64,000 nt of DNA, from the NCBI GenBank assembly GCA_945900755.1, contig CAMDKS010000013.1, positions 662 through 64,661 on the forward strand. Direction: 5' to 3'. Position numbers and translations under genes: made by a program. This DNA is from Bdellovibrio sp. ZAP7. Lineage in GTDB: Bacteria; Bdellovibrionota_B; Oligoflexia; Oligoflexales; RGVZ01. Below the pieces are notes generated by a model. That model saw only the letters and a program-made list of their open reading frames with translations, did no database searches and was not told the origin of the DNA. Below, one piece after another: positions 26,945 to 37,431 of the stretch; the first letter of the stretch is position 1; each line of letters begins with the position of its first letter.

Positions 26945-27804
26945 CTAGCAAACCAGAGCTGTACGACAGCAACGATTACTACAACGGCGACGGTCAGGCG
27001 AGTCGACTTGCGCCAGGTTTGAATGGATTTTTGTACTTTTTGGATTGGTTTAAGGCGTGGAATTTTGTCCGCGTTTCGGGACTACTCACCAAATCAAAAA
27101 CATCAAGGGAGCGGCCCCTTCGGGTCATTGATATCGGCGCTGGTGACGGTAAATTTTTGTATTTCGTTAAACAATTTGGTTTCTTTCCCCAAGGCACCAC
27201 AGCCTCCTCCATTTCTCAGCAAGCAGCAAAATCAAAGTATGAAATTTCTTTACATTTGAGCAAAGAAATCCCGGACGAACTTCAAAAAGAAAAAATTGAT
27301 GCCATCACCTATTGGCACGTGTTTGAGCACCTTGAAGAACCCGATTCTCACGTTAAAATCTGGTCTAAAATCTTGGCCGACGACGGCGTGGTCATGATTG
27401 AAGTTCCCAATATTGACGGCTTCGGGTCGAAACTATGCTATCCGACTTGGCTTGGCAGTGATGATGTCCATCACATTAATCACATGACGTCTAACGCCCT
27501 TGACGAGCTCCTAGGGAAGCATGGCCTAGCGGTCTATCGCAGGGAAGGCTTCTCCCTAAAATTTACCTACGTATACCTTTGGAGTGCACTGCTGGGCCGA
27601 CTTTTTGGGGAGAAAGACTATTCGTTTGAAACGGTCTTTGGCGTCCTGAAAAATCCGGCAACAAGTCTTAAAAACAATCCTGCGATGACCATTAATTCGA
27701 TACTTTCGATTGGTTACCTAGCACCTTTAATCATTTTAATCGGAGCGATTGGAGTTCTCACCAACCGCGGAGAAATCATTAGACTATATGCTCGTCGAGC
27801 GTAG
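26941..27804 (+). CDS. Class I SAM-dependent methyltransferase
   Basis: VIDIGAGDG, ITYWHVFEHL..P, IEVPN motifs typical of glycan-locus methyltransferases. Confidence 0.85.
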   Translation: MTSKPELYDSNDYYNGDGQASRLAPGLNGFLYFLDWFKAWNFVRVSGLLTKSKTSRERPLRVIDIGAGDGKFLYFVKQFGFFPQGTTASSISQQAAKSKYEISLHLSKEIPDELQKEKIDAITYWHVFEHLEEPDSHVKIWSKILADDGVVMIEVPNIDGFGSKLCYPTWLGSDDVHHINHMTSNALDELLGKHGLAVYRREGFSLKFTYVYLWSALLGRLFGEKDYSFETVFGVLKNPATSLKNNPAMTINSILSIGYLAPLIILIGAIGVLTNRGEIIRLYARRA

Positions 27805-27812
27805 AGATTCGA

Positions 27813-30056
27813 TTAGCCTGCAGGACTAAAGCTGAATGGATAGCTGACTTCCACTGGCTGCCCACCGCGCGGACTTGGGAACGACCAACGCTTAACGACA
27901 CCAGTTATACAGCCACGAGTAACGACATCCGACAAGGTAGCGGCCCCAATAGTAGCGACCGATACACGTCCTGAGAGGGCAACAGTAAAATTAACTTCGA
28001 CTCTTCCTGCCGAGTTTGGAGCGCGCTGAATAAGTTGTTCGTAGCAGTGTCTAATTTCGTTAATGTGAGCATTAATAACGGCACGAATCTCTTGTTGAGT
28101 AAGTCCTGCTTCCACTGTCGGATCTCCGGGCGCAATTGAAACGTCTGCGCGTCCGTGACCGCCTCCGGCTCCTTTTCCGTTGCCATTATGTCCAAGGCCA
28201 CTACCGCCGCCTAAGCCGCCCAATCCTCCTGAGCCGCCTGCACCACCACCCGCACCGCCAGAGCCTCCGTTACCGAAGTTATTGGCTGCACCGGCTGCGC
28301 CCGCCAAACCAAGAGATTGACCGCCGCCAGGACCACCCATGCCGTATGTTTTACTTGCAGATCCAGAGCCACCGCCAGCACCACCAGCACTACTGGTAAA
28401 ATTGGTGTGAATGGCTCCAGCTCCCGTTTTACTTGATACCTTACCTGCGCCGAGCCCGAGCTTAGAAAGATTGACTCCGGAAGCTTTCGTATTGTTTACG
28501 CCCTCGACTCCCTGAACGCTTGTTGCTTGCTTTCCTTTAATAGCTCCACCGGTTTTATTATTACCTCCACCTTTTGTGCCGGAGGCTCCAAGTGGTTTTG
28601 CCGATTTTTCGCCAGCAAACTTAAAGTCAGGTTTTACAGCACCAGTCGATGGCGTTCCCGCAGACGGCTTCGTTAAGGCTGACAAATTCACGGCCGGCTT
28701 CGCAACCGGTGTTGGTTTTACGACAGGGGTAGGCTTAGCAACCGGAGCTGCTGCTGCTTTTGCAACCGTGGGAACAGGTGAAGGCGTTACCATGGCTTTT
28801 TCCACGGGCTTTTCCACGGGCTTTTTTTGCTCGACCTTTTCGGGCTCCACAGGCTTCTTAGGCTCCACTGGCTTCGGCTTTGGTGGCGGTGGTGGCTTCG
28901 GCGTTTTTGGCGGCTCTGGTTTTTCCTCTACTTTAACAGGAGGTTTCTTTGGCTCGGGCTCTTTTTTTACCGGTTCAGGCTTTTTTTGCTCCAAAGGAAC
29001 TTCCGCATAGGCGAAAATTTCGTCTTCTTCCTTCTTTTCGACAGGTGGCGTCATCCAAACAACTGGAAGAATTAAGGCGAACAAAAGCAAACAAGCTAGA
29101 GCAATAGAAACAATAACAGGATCCCTAGGACCAGCCCTATTCAAATCGATTTCAGGCGGACGTACAAACAATAAAAAATAGCGCACGCTACCGAATTTTA
29201 TATGTGCGATATCACGTCTCTCGAGTGAGACCCTGCCCTCGCCATCAATTTTTTCAATTTTTCCACCACGTCTAATCCGCGTGTCCATTCCTTTTAGAAG
29301 CTTTAACTTATAGCCACCCGTTGAGCTAAACTTTGCGAGCGTATGCTTTAAAAAATGCTGTTCTCCAGCTGCGATAAAATTCGCAATTGGCGTAACACCG
29401 ATGGTGACGTGATCAAAGTCTTTAAATTGTGGGTGAAAAAGATCTACATCCAGTACAGAATCACCCCAGTATGCGACCACCTCTAGGATGTCGCCCGTTG
29501 GTCGAGCATCGCGTGGAGAGAATAAAATATGTTTGGGAATTCGGCGCTCTGAATTTTGATCAAGGGTTTCCTTGCGCACAGTAGTTTTGTGTGCACCTTG
29601 CGCTAAACTCTCTGTCGAACCTGCTGGAACTGATGCCTTTGAAACCTTACCCTGGTCAGCAAGTTGCGCTGTCGAAAGGTGAGGAACAGGACGGAGATCT
29701 GGTGGAGTTTGAATACTTGAGCCCACAATACCAGGATGCGGAGGCAATGGAATATTTACGATTTGGTGAACAAACTCTAGAATAACACTACCAATTGCTA
29801 TTTTATCACCAGATCTTAGTGGACATTCAACGTCAATGATGACCCCATTAACCTTGACTCCTGTCTCACTGCCAACATCTGTCACGATCCATTGATCATT
29901 ACCAATGTCTTCAATCAATGCATGAATCGGATCAACACCTGCTGCCCGTATTACAATATGGTTCGACGGCAAAGTACCAATCATCATCCGTGACTGATCC
30001 ATGGGAACAGTTCTTGGAAGTTGACCTGAAATCTGGAATCGTAACTCAAATGCCAT
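27813..30056 (-). CDS. gltG: GltG/PglI-like gliding protein: FHA - TM - Pro/Lys and Gly-rich linker - TonB-C/AgmX domain
   Basis: FHA-like N-terminus (IG...HA.I...DVGSETGVKVNG), one TM helix, C-terminal EIRHCYEQ..GRVEVNFTV..G.V..C..KRWSFPSPRGG..V.YPF.F. Confidence 0.8.
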   Translation of the reverse strand: MAFELRFQISGQLPRTVPMDQSRMMIGTLPSNHIVIRAAGVDPIHALIEDIGNDQWIVTDVGSETGVKVNGVIIDVECPLRSGDKIAIGSVILEFVHQIVNIPLPPHPGIVGSSIQTPPDLRPVPHLSTAQLADQGKVSKASVPAGSTESLAQGAHKTTVRKETLDQNSERRIPKHILFSPRDARPTGDILEVVAYWGDSVLDVDLFHPQFKDFDHVTIGVTPIANFIAAGEQHFLKHTLAKFSSTGGYKLKLLKGMDTRIRRGGKIEKIDGEGRVSLERRDIAHIKFGSVRYFLLFVRPPEIDLNRAGPRDPVIVSIALACLLLFALILPVVWMTPPVEKKEEDEIFAYAEVPLEQKKPEPVKKEPEPKKPPVKVEEKPEPPKTPKPPPPPKPKPVEPKKPVEPEKVEQKKPVEKPVEKAMVTPSPVPTVAKAAAAPVAKPTPVVKPTPVAKPAVNLSALTKPSAGTPSTGAVKPDFKFAGEKSAKPLGASGTKGGGNNKTGGAIKGKQATSVQGVEGVNNTKASGVNLSKLGLGAGKVSSKTGAGAIHTNFTSSAGGAGGGSGSASKTYGMGGPGGGQSLGLAGAAGAANNFGNGGSGGAGGGAGGSGGLGGLGGGSGLGHNGNGKGAGGGHGRADVSIAPGDPTVEAGLTQQEIRAVINAHINEIRHCYEQLIQRAPNSAGRVEVNFTVALSGRVSVATIGAATLSDVVTRGCITGVVKRWSFPSPRGGQPVEVSYPFSFSPAG

Positions 30057-30100
30057 AAAAAAATTCTACCTCAATAGGACTATTGGATCGTGTAACAAAC

Positions 30101-30143
30101 CACTGAAACCAATCACTGAAACCAATCACTGAAACCAATCACT
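30101..30143. repeat. 13-bp tandem repeat (CACTGAAACCAAT) x3.3 upstream of gltG
   Basis: Three exact units plus CACT in the gltE-gltG intergenic region. Confidence 0.95.
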
Positions 30144-30269
30144 TAACAAAATGTCTTCGCCAAAACTTAATTCATGATTTTGATTCTATTATCCCATAAA
30201 TTTCCAAACTTACCAAACCTCTTCAAAAAACTTATTACATAGGCCACAGGCCGATGCCTTATTTTAGGA

Positions 30270-31352
30270 TCACGGCTTGGCTGGGGGCTCTCCTGCCGAA
30301 CTCTTCCCAGACGGGGCTGCCTTGGCTTTGTCGGCCGCATCACGATTGGCAGCCTCCTTAAGGGACTTCTCTTGCTTGGATCTATCCTCATCCCTGTCGA
30401 TCGCCACTAGAATTTTGCCTGCTTTTTCATCCCAAACCAGAGCTCCGCCAGGAATGACCAATGCCTTATTCAGCATTTCTCGGGCCTTTGCATAATCCTT
30501 TTTGCCCTGCCAAGCATTAATGCCGCAATTGATTAGAGTTTGCTTATGCTTGGGGTGGGCGCCCAAGATTTTTTCACAAGAGGCGTCCGCCTTTTCTGAA
30601 TCACCTAGTAGGCGATTAACTGAGATTAGGCCAGCCTCGGCGTACCAATCCCCTTCGACACTGGCAAGCGACTTTTGCGCTGTCTCTACATCTCCGCCTT
30701 GAAGGGCCAGAAAACCCATATTTAGTAGTGCAGGCTTATAATCACTGTTTATGGCGATGGCCTCTTTAAATAACCCCATCGCCTCGGGAATACGCTCCAT
30801 ACGCACGGCCATAACACCCCTCGCATTTAATATGGCGGCGCGAATGCTCGCATTTTTCGACTTGTATAATTTATCAAACCAAAACTCCGCAAAAGCCAAT
30901 CTGCCAGTTTGAACACCGGTGAGTGCAAGCTCAAGTTGAACGGACTCGGGAAGCTCTTTGTCTACGCCCGCCAACATCACACTGTCTGCAATTCGTTTAG
31001 CTACGGCCAATGTTTCCTCTACGGATCGACCAGCAAGCCTATTTGCGGACAAAATAGCAACAAGCATATTGAGGTCATTCGACTTGCCATTGCTGTCCTG
31101 AGCTACAAAATCAGCTGCTTTTGTACGGTCAATAGCCCTTGAAGTGAGCGGGTTGTTACTGATGCTCGTCACCAAAAATCGGCGATCGCCATCTAATTTA
31201 GCACCGCTTTCTTTTTCGGCTGCAGCGGGAGCCGCACTTGTGCCGCCTCCATCTACGGGATCTTGTGCTGCATTTTTCGACTTATTGCCGGCACAGCTAT
31301 TCATGGCCACAACAACAAAAATGATCCTCATAGGGTTCACTAATTTTTTCAT
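30270..31352 (-). CDS. gltE: TPR lipoprotein, GltE/AglT-like
   Basis: Signal ending in Cys (AMNSC), TPR helices (NARGVM..EAMGLFKEAI...ALLNMG); lies between the gltD-like and gltG-like genes. Confidence 0.65.
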   Translation of the reverse strand: MKKLVNPMRIIFVVVAMNSCAGNKSKNAAQDPVDGGGTSAAPAAAEKESGAKLDGDRRFLVTSISNNPLTSRAIDRTKAADFVAQDSNGKSNDLNMLVAILSANRLAGRSVEETLAVAKRIADSVMLAGVDKELPESVQLELALTGVQTGRLAFAEFWFDKLYKSKNASIRAAILNARGVMAVRMERIPEAMGLFKEAIAINSDYKPALLNMGFLALQGGDVETAQKSLASVEGDWYAEAGLISVNRLLGDSEKADASCEKILGAHPKHKQTLINCGINAWQGKKDYAKAREMLNKALVIPGGALVWDEKAGKILVAIDRDEDRSKQEKSLKEAANRDAADKAKAAPSGKSSAGEPPAKP

Positions 31353-34300
31353 TATTCACCCCCTTTTTTATTTTGGACGGCTTGCACGAGGGACTCCGCC
31401 ACGTCACTGCCAATGAAATCTGGCATTAGTGCGACGTCATCAAAACTTAAATTCTTCCCTGATGTCCGCTCTAATCCGCTCACAGCCTTTGCCGCCCATT
31501 CATTGTAGACATTGAACGCTTTAATAGAGTCGACCGCAAATTTAAATAATTTCTTTGCCTCGTTGCGATTTATCACGACTTTTGGAGCAAGCTGCGCTTT
31601 TACATCCTCAATTTTGGCGCCGGTGATTCCTGGAGGATTCTCAAAATCTTTAGCCAATAGTTCGCGTGCGACACCCATTTGATATAGTGCGGCCACCCCC
31701 CAAAAAGCATCTTTCGTCCCCAAGACTCCTTGGAAGGACTTGTCGACAACAGCGACTGAAGACTCTTTCCGGTCTATCGTTTTCAACAAGTTATCTACCG
31801 TACCTCCTGTGAACTTCATCGCCGCAAATTTTGGCATTACTTGCTTGGCCTCTGCAAAGGCAAGTTCAGCCACATAGCGCCCCGCCTCTGGATCTAGCTT
31901 TCCGCCACCAGCTCTATTTGCTGCTAGTATCTCTTTTCCCGCCTGCTGTGCTGCGGGCCCAGTGCCGTTTGCTGCATTAAAAATTCGGTGAAATGCGATA
32001 ATTCGCTCACTCGGGGAAAGTTTAAACTTCAAGTACTCTTTAATCGTCTGCTGCATTTTCGCGTAATTTTTGGAAAACTCCGCCTCTCGAACAATCCGAT
32101 CTACAAGTGGCTGGGCTCCTGCGGGATCTGATTTAGCCAGAATCATGCATGTAGAGAGGGCTTTATCATCGCCGATTGCAACCTTCAATTCACAGGCACG
32201 ACCGATCGAGGGTAAGGCACTCTTATCATTTGGATATTTTGAAGCAAAAGCTAAGTAATAAGATGCTGCCGTGGCAAAATCCATTCGTTTCTCTGACAGT
32301 TTTGCTAACTGCTTTAGTGACTCAGAAGCCCCCTCAGATTTTGGATAATTCTTTAGAACGGCAGCATAAGCTGCAATTCCTGCAACGACCATTCCGGCAC
32401 CGATGTAGTCGACGCCAGCGTTATACATTAACTTACCTGATTCAGGTGAATTTGGATGTTTCATCGCTAACTCCTCCTGAGCCTTTGCACGCTTGCCGCC
32501 ATCACTAATTTTCTTAATCTCATCAACCTCAGCGCCACGCTTCAGATCACGCAACTTGTCGCCCAATTTACCTTTTTGGTAGGCGGGAATTTTCAATAAA
32601 GCGTTTGAAATTTGAACCAGAGCTTTTGTTTCGCCCGAGTAAAGGGGTATTAAAGCATCCACGGCCGCAGGTCCGATTTTCTCATTGGGGTACTTTTGGG
32701 ACAAATTAAACAGTAGTTTTTTTGACTTCTCTTTATCGGCACTGTGGTAGTAAATATCCGAGGCGTATATATCGCACGATTTAGCTGCCTTTAAGTCTTC
32801 AGGATAATATTTTTGGTATTCACTACAAGCTTGAATATAGCTCCCCGCACGGGGAGACAAAGCACGGGCAGGCTTACTAAAATTAGGGACAATCGTTAAA
32901 AGAACTTTATACTCAGGCTCGAAGTCCAATCCGTAGCTGTCAAGCATGTAAGATGCCGCCTCTTTATGAAGAGGCACGACCTTATTGCCTGGCTGCTTAA
33001 TTTTTATAGCTTTTTCTTTACCTAATGCAACTACCGCCAAGTAAGCTTTGCCAGCTTCACGATATTTTTTTTCCTGAAACAAAACGTCACCCACATTGAA
33101 TTTAACTTCGGGCATTTCTTTGGAATTTGGATAGTGCTTTAAAAACAAGTCATACCCACGCAGGGCCTCATTATAGGTGCGAGTGTCGTCGTTACTCTGC
33201 CCTCTCTTATGAAACGTTTTAGCGTAAAATATAATTGTATCTTTTATTCGCAATTGAGTGCTGTCAACAGAGCTTTGATCTACTTTGTTTGCTGCATACC
33301 ATGGACTAGCCGGACCATAGGCTGCGGGGTATGCGGAAAGCTCCTTCCACATTTCAGGAAGTTTATTAAGATCGTAGTAAAGCCCAATGATTTCTTTTTG
33401 AGTATCCGGTGTATCCAAAGCAGTTGGATAGATTTGTTGATATCTCTTATAGACTCGAATAGCCTCTGGAAATTTTCCCGCATCAACCAATGCCGAGCCC
33501 AATTGATTGAGAAACTTTCCTATGAACTTCTCGCCGCCATGTTGCCGATAGTAATTGATGGCCACCTCGGTGTTTTTGATTTCAACCCAAGCATTGACCA
33601 TGTCTTTTAGAGCACTATCCCTAAGAGTGTCACTTCCTTGAACCTTTTTAGACATCGCTTGAGCGACAGTCTTTTTCCAGTAATCAAGGGCTTCAGGATA
33701 ATTTTGGAGATTATAGGAACACCATCCGAGCTTCCATAAAGACAGCCCGTAACCTCTGCTGCCCTTAAAAGATAAAGCCTTTTTGTAATTGTTACTCGCA
33801 TTTCGAAAGTTTTTCTTATCGAAAAAGAATTCTCCTAACTGAAAATAGGCATCTCCAGACTTGTCGCTATTTGGATATTTTCGAATAAGGTCACTATAGA
33901 CAGCAGCCCCTTCTTTTTCCTTACCCAAATACTGAAGTGCCAAACCTTGATTAAACATTAAAGCATCGGCACCAGACGTGTTTGGAAATTGTTTCAATAC
34001 TTCAGCCGCTTTCGACGCTACCTTTGCCCATGCTGCCCTTGATTTTGTAGAATTTACTTGCGGGGCTTTTCCCTTGCTGCCTGCTTGCTCCCAGTTGGCA
34101 AAGGCTTTGTCATACGCTCGAAATTCCGCATTGGACTCATAGCCCGCAAGCTCCACGTAACGATCCAAAAGTCGTTTAAGAAAGTTGACTCGTTGACTTG
34201 ATTTTTTTGGAAGAGTACGCTCACTGCGCTCATAAAACGCAATCGTTTTTTCTAATTCACCAGAAAGCTTACCCTCGGTCGCGGCGATAAATGCCTCGCC

Positions 34301-34483
34301 ACGCGATTCGGTTGGGCCAGAGACTTTTTCTACATTGCCCGTTTCTCTTTTCTTGGTTTGGAGACTGTCGAGATCCACATCCTTGTGCGCTTTTTCGCGG
34401 TCATCTGCGCTCGCCGCAAACGATAGACTAGCACTTAAGGCAAATAGTACCAGTACTCTTAAAAATCGGCTTATAAATAGCAT
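31352..34483 (-). CDS. gltD: Large TPR protein, GltD/AgmU-like
   Basis: Signal peptide; many TPRs (KYPNS..DAYFQLGE.FF, WKLGWC.YN); C-terminal WGVAALYQMG..PP; ~1040 aa. Confidence 0.75.
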   Translation of the reverse strand: MLFISRFLRVLVLFALSASLSFAASADDREKAHKDVDLDSLQTKKRETGNVEKVSGPTESRGEAFIAATEGKLSGELEKTIAFYERSERTLPKKSSQRVNFLKRLLDRYVELAGYESNAEFRAYDKAFANWEQAGSKGKAPQVNSTKSRAAWAKVASKAAEVLKQFPNTSGADALMFNQGLALQYLGKEKEGAAVYSDLIRKYPNSDKSGDAYFQLGEFFFDKKNFRNASNNYKKALSFKGSRGYGLSLWKLGWCSYNLQNYPEALDYWKKTVAQAMSKKVQGSDTLRDSALKDMVNAWVEIKNTEVAINYYRQHGGEKFIGKFLNQLGSALVDAGKFPEAIRVYKRYQQIYPTALDTPDTQKEIIGLYYDLNKLPEMWKELSAYPAAYGPASPWYAANKVDQSSVDSTQLRIKDTIIFYAKTFHKRGQSNDDTRTYNEALRGYDLFLKHYPNSKEMPEVKFNVGDVLFQEKKYREAGKAYLAVVALGKEKAIKIKQPGNKVVPLHKEAASYMLDSYGLDFEPEYKVLLTIVPNFSKPARALSPRAGSYIQACSEYQKYYPEDLKAAKSCDIYASDIYYHSADKEKSKKLLFNLSQKYPNEKIGPAAVDALIPLYSGETKALVQISNALLKIPAYQKGKLGDKLRDLKRGAEVDEIKKISDGGKRAKAQEELAMKHPNSPESGKLMYNAGVDYIGAGMVVAGIAAYAAVLKNYPKSEGASESLKQLAKLSEKRMDFATAASYYLAFASKYPNDKSALPSIGRACELKVAIGDDKALSTCMILAKSDPAGAQPLVDRIVREAEFSKNYAKMQQTIKEYLKFKLSPSERIIAFHRIFNAANGTGPAAQQAGKEILAANRAGGGKLDPEAGRYVAELAFAEAKQVMPKFAAMKFTGGTVDNLLKTIDRKESSVAVVDKSFQGVLGTKDAFWGVAALYQMGVARELLAKDFENPPGITGAKIEDVKAQLAPKVVINRNEAKKLFKFAVDSIKAFNVYNEWAAKAVSGLERTSGKNLSFDDVALMPDFIGSDVAESLVQAVQNKKGGE

Positions 34484-34548
34484 TTCAATCCCTCGGTGCT
34501 GAATTTGCACTCCACAATGATCCCTCGAGCAAACGCATTGAAACTACT

Positions 34549-36099
34549 TTACTTCTTGCCATTAGACGGGCCTGCTGAAGCATTGCAGCGGTCGTCCAAG
34601 TTATAGACATAGTAGCCGAGCTCATCTTCCCAATACTCACCTTGGAACGGCCAGTATTCGATCTGCTGGTCAACCTTTAGCGGCTGTAAACCCCCGATAA
34701 AAACTTTACGGTCATTCGCTTGAGTAACGTTGAGGCTTCTCCTAATCGTATCCACCTGCCCCTCAAATCTTTCAGCTTGAATTCCTTTAGTCTGTTGAAC
34801 TAGGTCACGCATATAAGCCACAGACGAAGCGGCCTGCTCAAATAACTGCACACCAGAGTCTACTTTAGCGACCGCTTTCTTTTTCGCTAAAAAACCTTTT
34901 AAATCATCAATCAGCCCGGTAGAGACCCATTTTCCACCCATTCCGGACAACCGCGCAATTTCTGCATCTGAGTAACGAACGGCCCGATAAGCCTCTTTAT
35001 AGGCATCAGAACGGCTGAGGGAGTCCAATATAGCCCAAGCACTACGATAACTGGAGAGCGAGCCGTTTCGGTAGTCGTAAACTAGCTTAAATAGCTCTGA
35101 TTTTTTGGATTTGTATTCGGTCAGCACTGCTGAAATGTCTTTGAATACAGGCTTGTTCTTGTCTCGAAAACTTTCCAAACTAGACTGCACTTTGTCAAAT
35201 CTGCAAAGCCTTAGATACGTGATCGCTTCGAGGAGATAGGACTCTGGGAAAAAACGATTTTCGAAAAATGGGGAGTGAAGGGTATGGATATTACCTAATA
35301 CGTTATTATGCTTGGCCATCATAAAAAATGCCCAGGCGGACTCGAATATGGCTTCGAGCCAGTTATCAGATTCTCTTGGGATTTGCGCGTAGTATTTCAA
35401 AGACTCCGCAAAATTCTTTGTTTCGTAATGAACTCGCGCAATATTCAAAGCACTTTGTTCACGGACCCAAGCATCAGCGCCCGCCGCTTCACGAGTCGAC
35501 TCAAAGTAACTAATGGCACGACTATGCGCCCCAGCTCGATTTGCAATGACGCCCAAGTGAAACTGAGCTTTACTATAATATGAGCTAGCGGCAGGCACTC
35601 GCTTGAACATGTCCGAAGATTTTTCATATTTTTCCTTTATGAAATTTTCTTCGCCCAAATAGTAGAAATAGAACCCACGGGCCGCAGCAGGAATAGATTC
35701 CGGCGCAAGATTTTCGCCTTTAACTAGCTGCGAAATGTGCGATTTCCCCAAGGCGACCGTGTTGTTGATCTGCCCCAATTCTTCGAGGCTCCTGCGGAAA
35801 TATGGATTTACCGCCGTCGGCCCCCGCCTGACAATTTGCGAAAAATATTTAGAAGACGAGTAGTAAAAACCCAAGGATTGAAGACTTTTTGCCAAGCCCC
35901 ATTCTGAAAACACCTTTTCCTGTGCAGACCTAGGAGACGAATAGGACTGAAAATACTCTGCGGCGGCACCTGCAAAGTCTCGGCCTGCGGTTAATTTCTG
36001 ACCTGCTTCATAACCAGCAAAGCTATTCGTGGATAGCATAGAAATGCTAATCCCCGCGGCCAAAATCCATGCCGACCTTGAACTGGTCAAGCCCCTCAT
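34549..36099 (-). CDS. gltC: TPR protein, GltC-like
   Basis: IPRESDNWLEAIFESAWAFF, LGNIHTLHSPFF..FPESYLL and terminal EYWPFQGEYWEDELGYY...C are characteristic of this family. Confidence 0.8.
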   Translation of the reverse strand: MRGLTSSRSAWILAAGISISMLSTNSFAGYEAGQKLTAGRDFAGAAAEYFQSYSSPRSAQEKVFSEWGLAKSLQSLGFYYSSSKYFSQIVRRGPTAVNPYFRRSLEELGQINNTVALGKSHISQLVKGENLAPESIPAAARGFYFYYLGEENFIKEKYEKSSDMFKRVPAASSYYSKAQFHLGVIANRAGAHSRAISYFESTREAAGADAWVREQSALNIARVHYETKNFAESLKYYAQIPRESDNWLEAIFESAWAFFMMAKHNNVLGNIHTLHSPFFENRFFPESYLLEAITYLRLCRFDKVQSSLESFRDKNKPVFKDISAVLTEYKSKKSELFKLVYDYRNGSLSSYRSAWAILDSLSRSDAYKEAYRAVRYSDAEIARLSGMGGKWVSTGLIDDLKGFLAKKKAVAKVDSGVQLFEQAASSVAYMRDLVQQTKGIQAERFEGQVDTIRRSLNVTQANDRKVFIGGLQPLKVDQQIEYWPFQGEYWEDELGYYVYNLDDRCNASAGPSNGKK

Positions 36100-36863
36100 A
36101 GAAAGTACCCCGCACCAAGCTGCATGGTTATGTTTGTTTGAGTGCCTGAACTTGTATCTGCCGTTAGAGGATCACAAGCACCGTCACCCTTATTATAGCT
36201 AAAGAAATGACTGCGAATGTCCCAACGCAAACTAACATTCTTGTCCAAGAACACCCTTTGACCCAGCCCAAGAAAACCGGTTGGATAGGACGCTGTTTTA
36301 GCCGCCGGAGGAGCAGTAACCGTCACATCAGAGGGCACGTCAGAAGGTTTTGGGCAATGATCATATAGATACTCCACCCCCGTCATTCCCCCACCAGCTG
36401 CCACAAACAAATCTAAATAAATTAGCGCTCCAGACGATAATTGATACTTGCCGTAGATTGGCGTGTAAAGCAACCCGCCCTCAGCGAAGTACTTAGTACG
36501 AAGAATTTCGGTTTTAATTTTAAAATTTGAATCAAGGTTTTTTTTGTCATCCTTATCTATGGTCAATCCGAAAGCTCCTGCACCCTCAATGGCGATCGAC
36601 TCACTAAAATGAAAGTCAAGAATCCCCGTCGCCAAATAGGTATAAATAAACGATTGGTTCATGACCACAGACATTTGAGCCGAGGTCTCCAAGCGTCCCG
36701 ATTTTGAAAAAAATCTTGGGCGAATGACTCGCACTTCAGAGGATGAAAATTGCTCTGCGGAAACCATAGTAGGGAATGCACCACTGCAGAATATTACAGC
36801 AAAAATCGCCAAGCATGCTTGACTACGCCGCCAAATAGAATTTTTCCCCGTCACAAGGCCCAT
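36096..36863 (-). CDS. Outer-membrane beta-barrel, GltA/GltB-like
   Basis: Signal peptide; VRVIRPRFFSKSGR.E, PIYGK, terminal LGAGYFL; within the glt operon. Confidence 0.75.
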   Translation of the reverse strand: MGLVTGKNSIWRRSQACLAIFAVIFCSGAFPTMVSAEQFSSSEVRVIRPRFFSKSGRLETSAQMSVVMNQSFIYTYLATGILDFHFSESIAIEGAGAFGLTIDKDDKKNLDSNFKIKTEILRTKYFAEGGLLYTPIYGKYQLSSGALIYLDLFVAAGGGMTGVEYLYDHCPKPSDVPSDVTVTAPPAAKTASYPTGFLGLGQRVFLDKNVSLRWDIRSHFFSYNKGDGACDPLTADTSSGTQTNITMQLGAGYFL

Positions 36864-36867
36864 AGCG

Positions 36868-37371
36868 TTACAATTCCTTTTGAACCATCAGCTTAAATTG
36901 CACGAAATCTGCTTGCTGAGCTGAAAGCATAATTCTTTTCATAAGTTTAAATCTATGTCCCTTATCCATCTCCATGGTTAAGGCGCCAGTAGAACCCATC
37001 GCATTTGGATCATTTGACTTAATGTTTTTCGCAAGACGCTTGTTGGCCTCACCCAACTTCTCCAACTCAGTAAAGACCGGTTGAATGGCGCCCTGTGTTC
37101 GGTCTTTTTCCGGAACATCACCGGCCACTATGTCCGCAATTTTTTTGCCATTGATCACGATTTCTGTTTTTGTGACAACCACTGTTGGGACTTCGTCGAG
37201 AGCCACGATAGTCGTAGATTCAGGCAGCTCAATCCCCGCATCTACGTTATGAGTTACAGGATCACTTGAAAAACTCATTAAAAGAAATGTAATAAGAATT
37301 GAAAAGATATCAAGCATCGGGTTCAAGTTTAGAAACAAGGTATCTTTGCTACCCCCACCTGCACTAGCCAT
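36868..37371 (-). CDS. aglS: ExbD/TolR family motor subunit (AglS-like by position)
   Basis: LNLNPMLDIFSILITFLL with the conserved TM Asp. Confidence 0.75.
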   Translation of the reverse strand: MASAGGGSKDTLFLNLNPMLDIFSILITFLLMSFSSDPVTHNVDAGIELPESTTIVALDEVPTVVVTKTEIVINGKKIADIVAGDVPEKDRTQGAIQPVFTELEKLGEANKRLAKNIKSNDPNAMGSTGALTMEMDKGHRFKLMKRIMLSAQQADFVQFKLMVQKEL

Positions 37372-37431
37372 CGAATGCTCCCCATACCTAGTAATTAAAA
37401 CGATTAAGAACTGTCTTACTCAAATCCAAAT

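Noticed and set aside
28140-28420. Gly-rich stretch in GltG as a collagen-like or separate repeat element
   Set aside because: No Gly-X-Y periodicity and varied codons; Gly-rich linkers are usual in this family.
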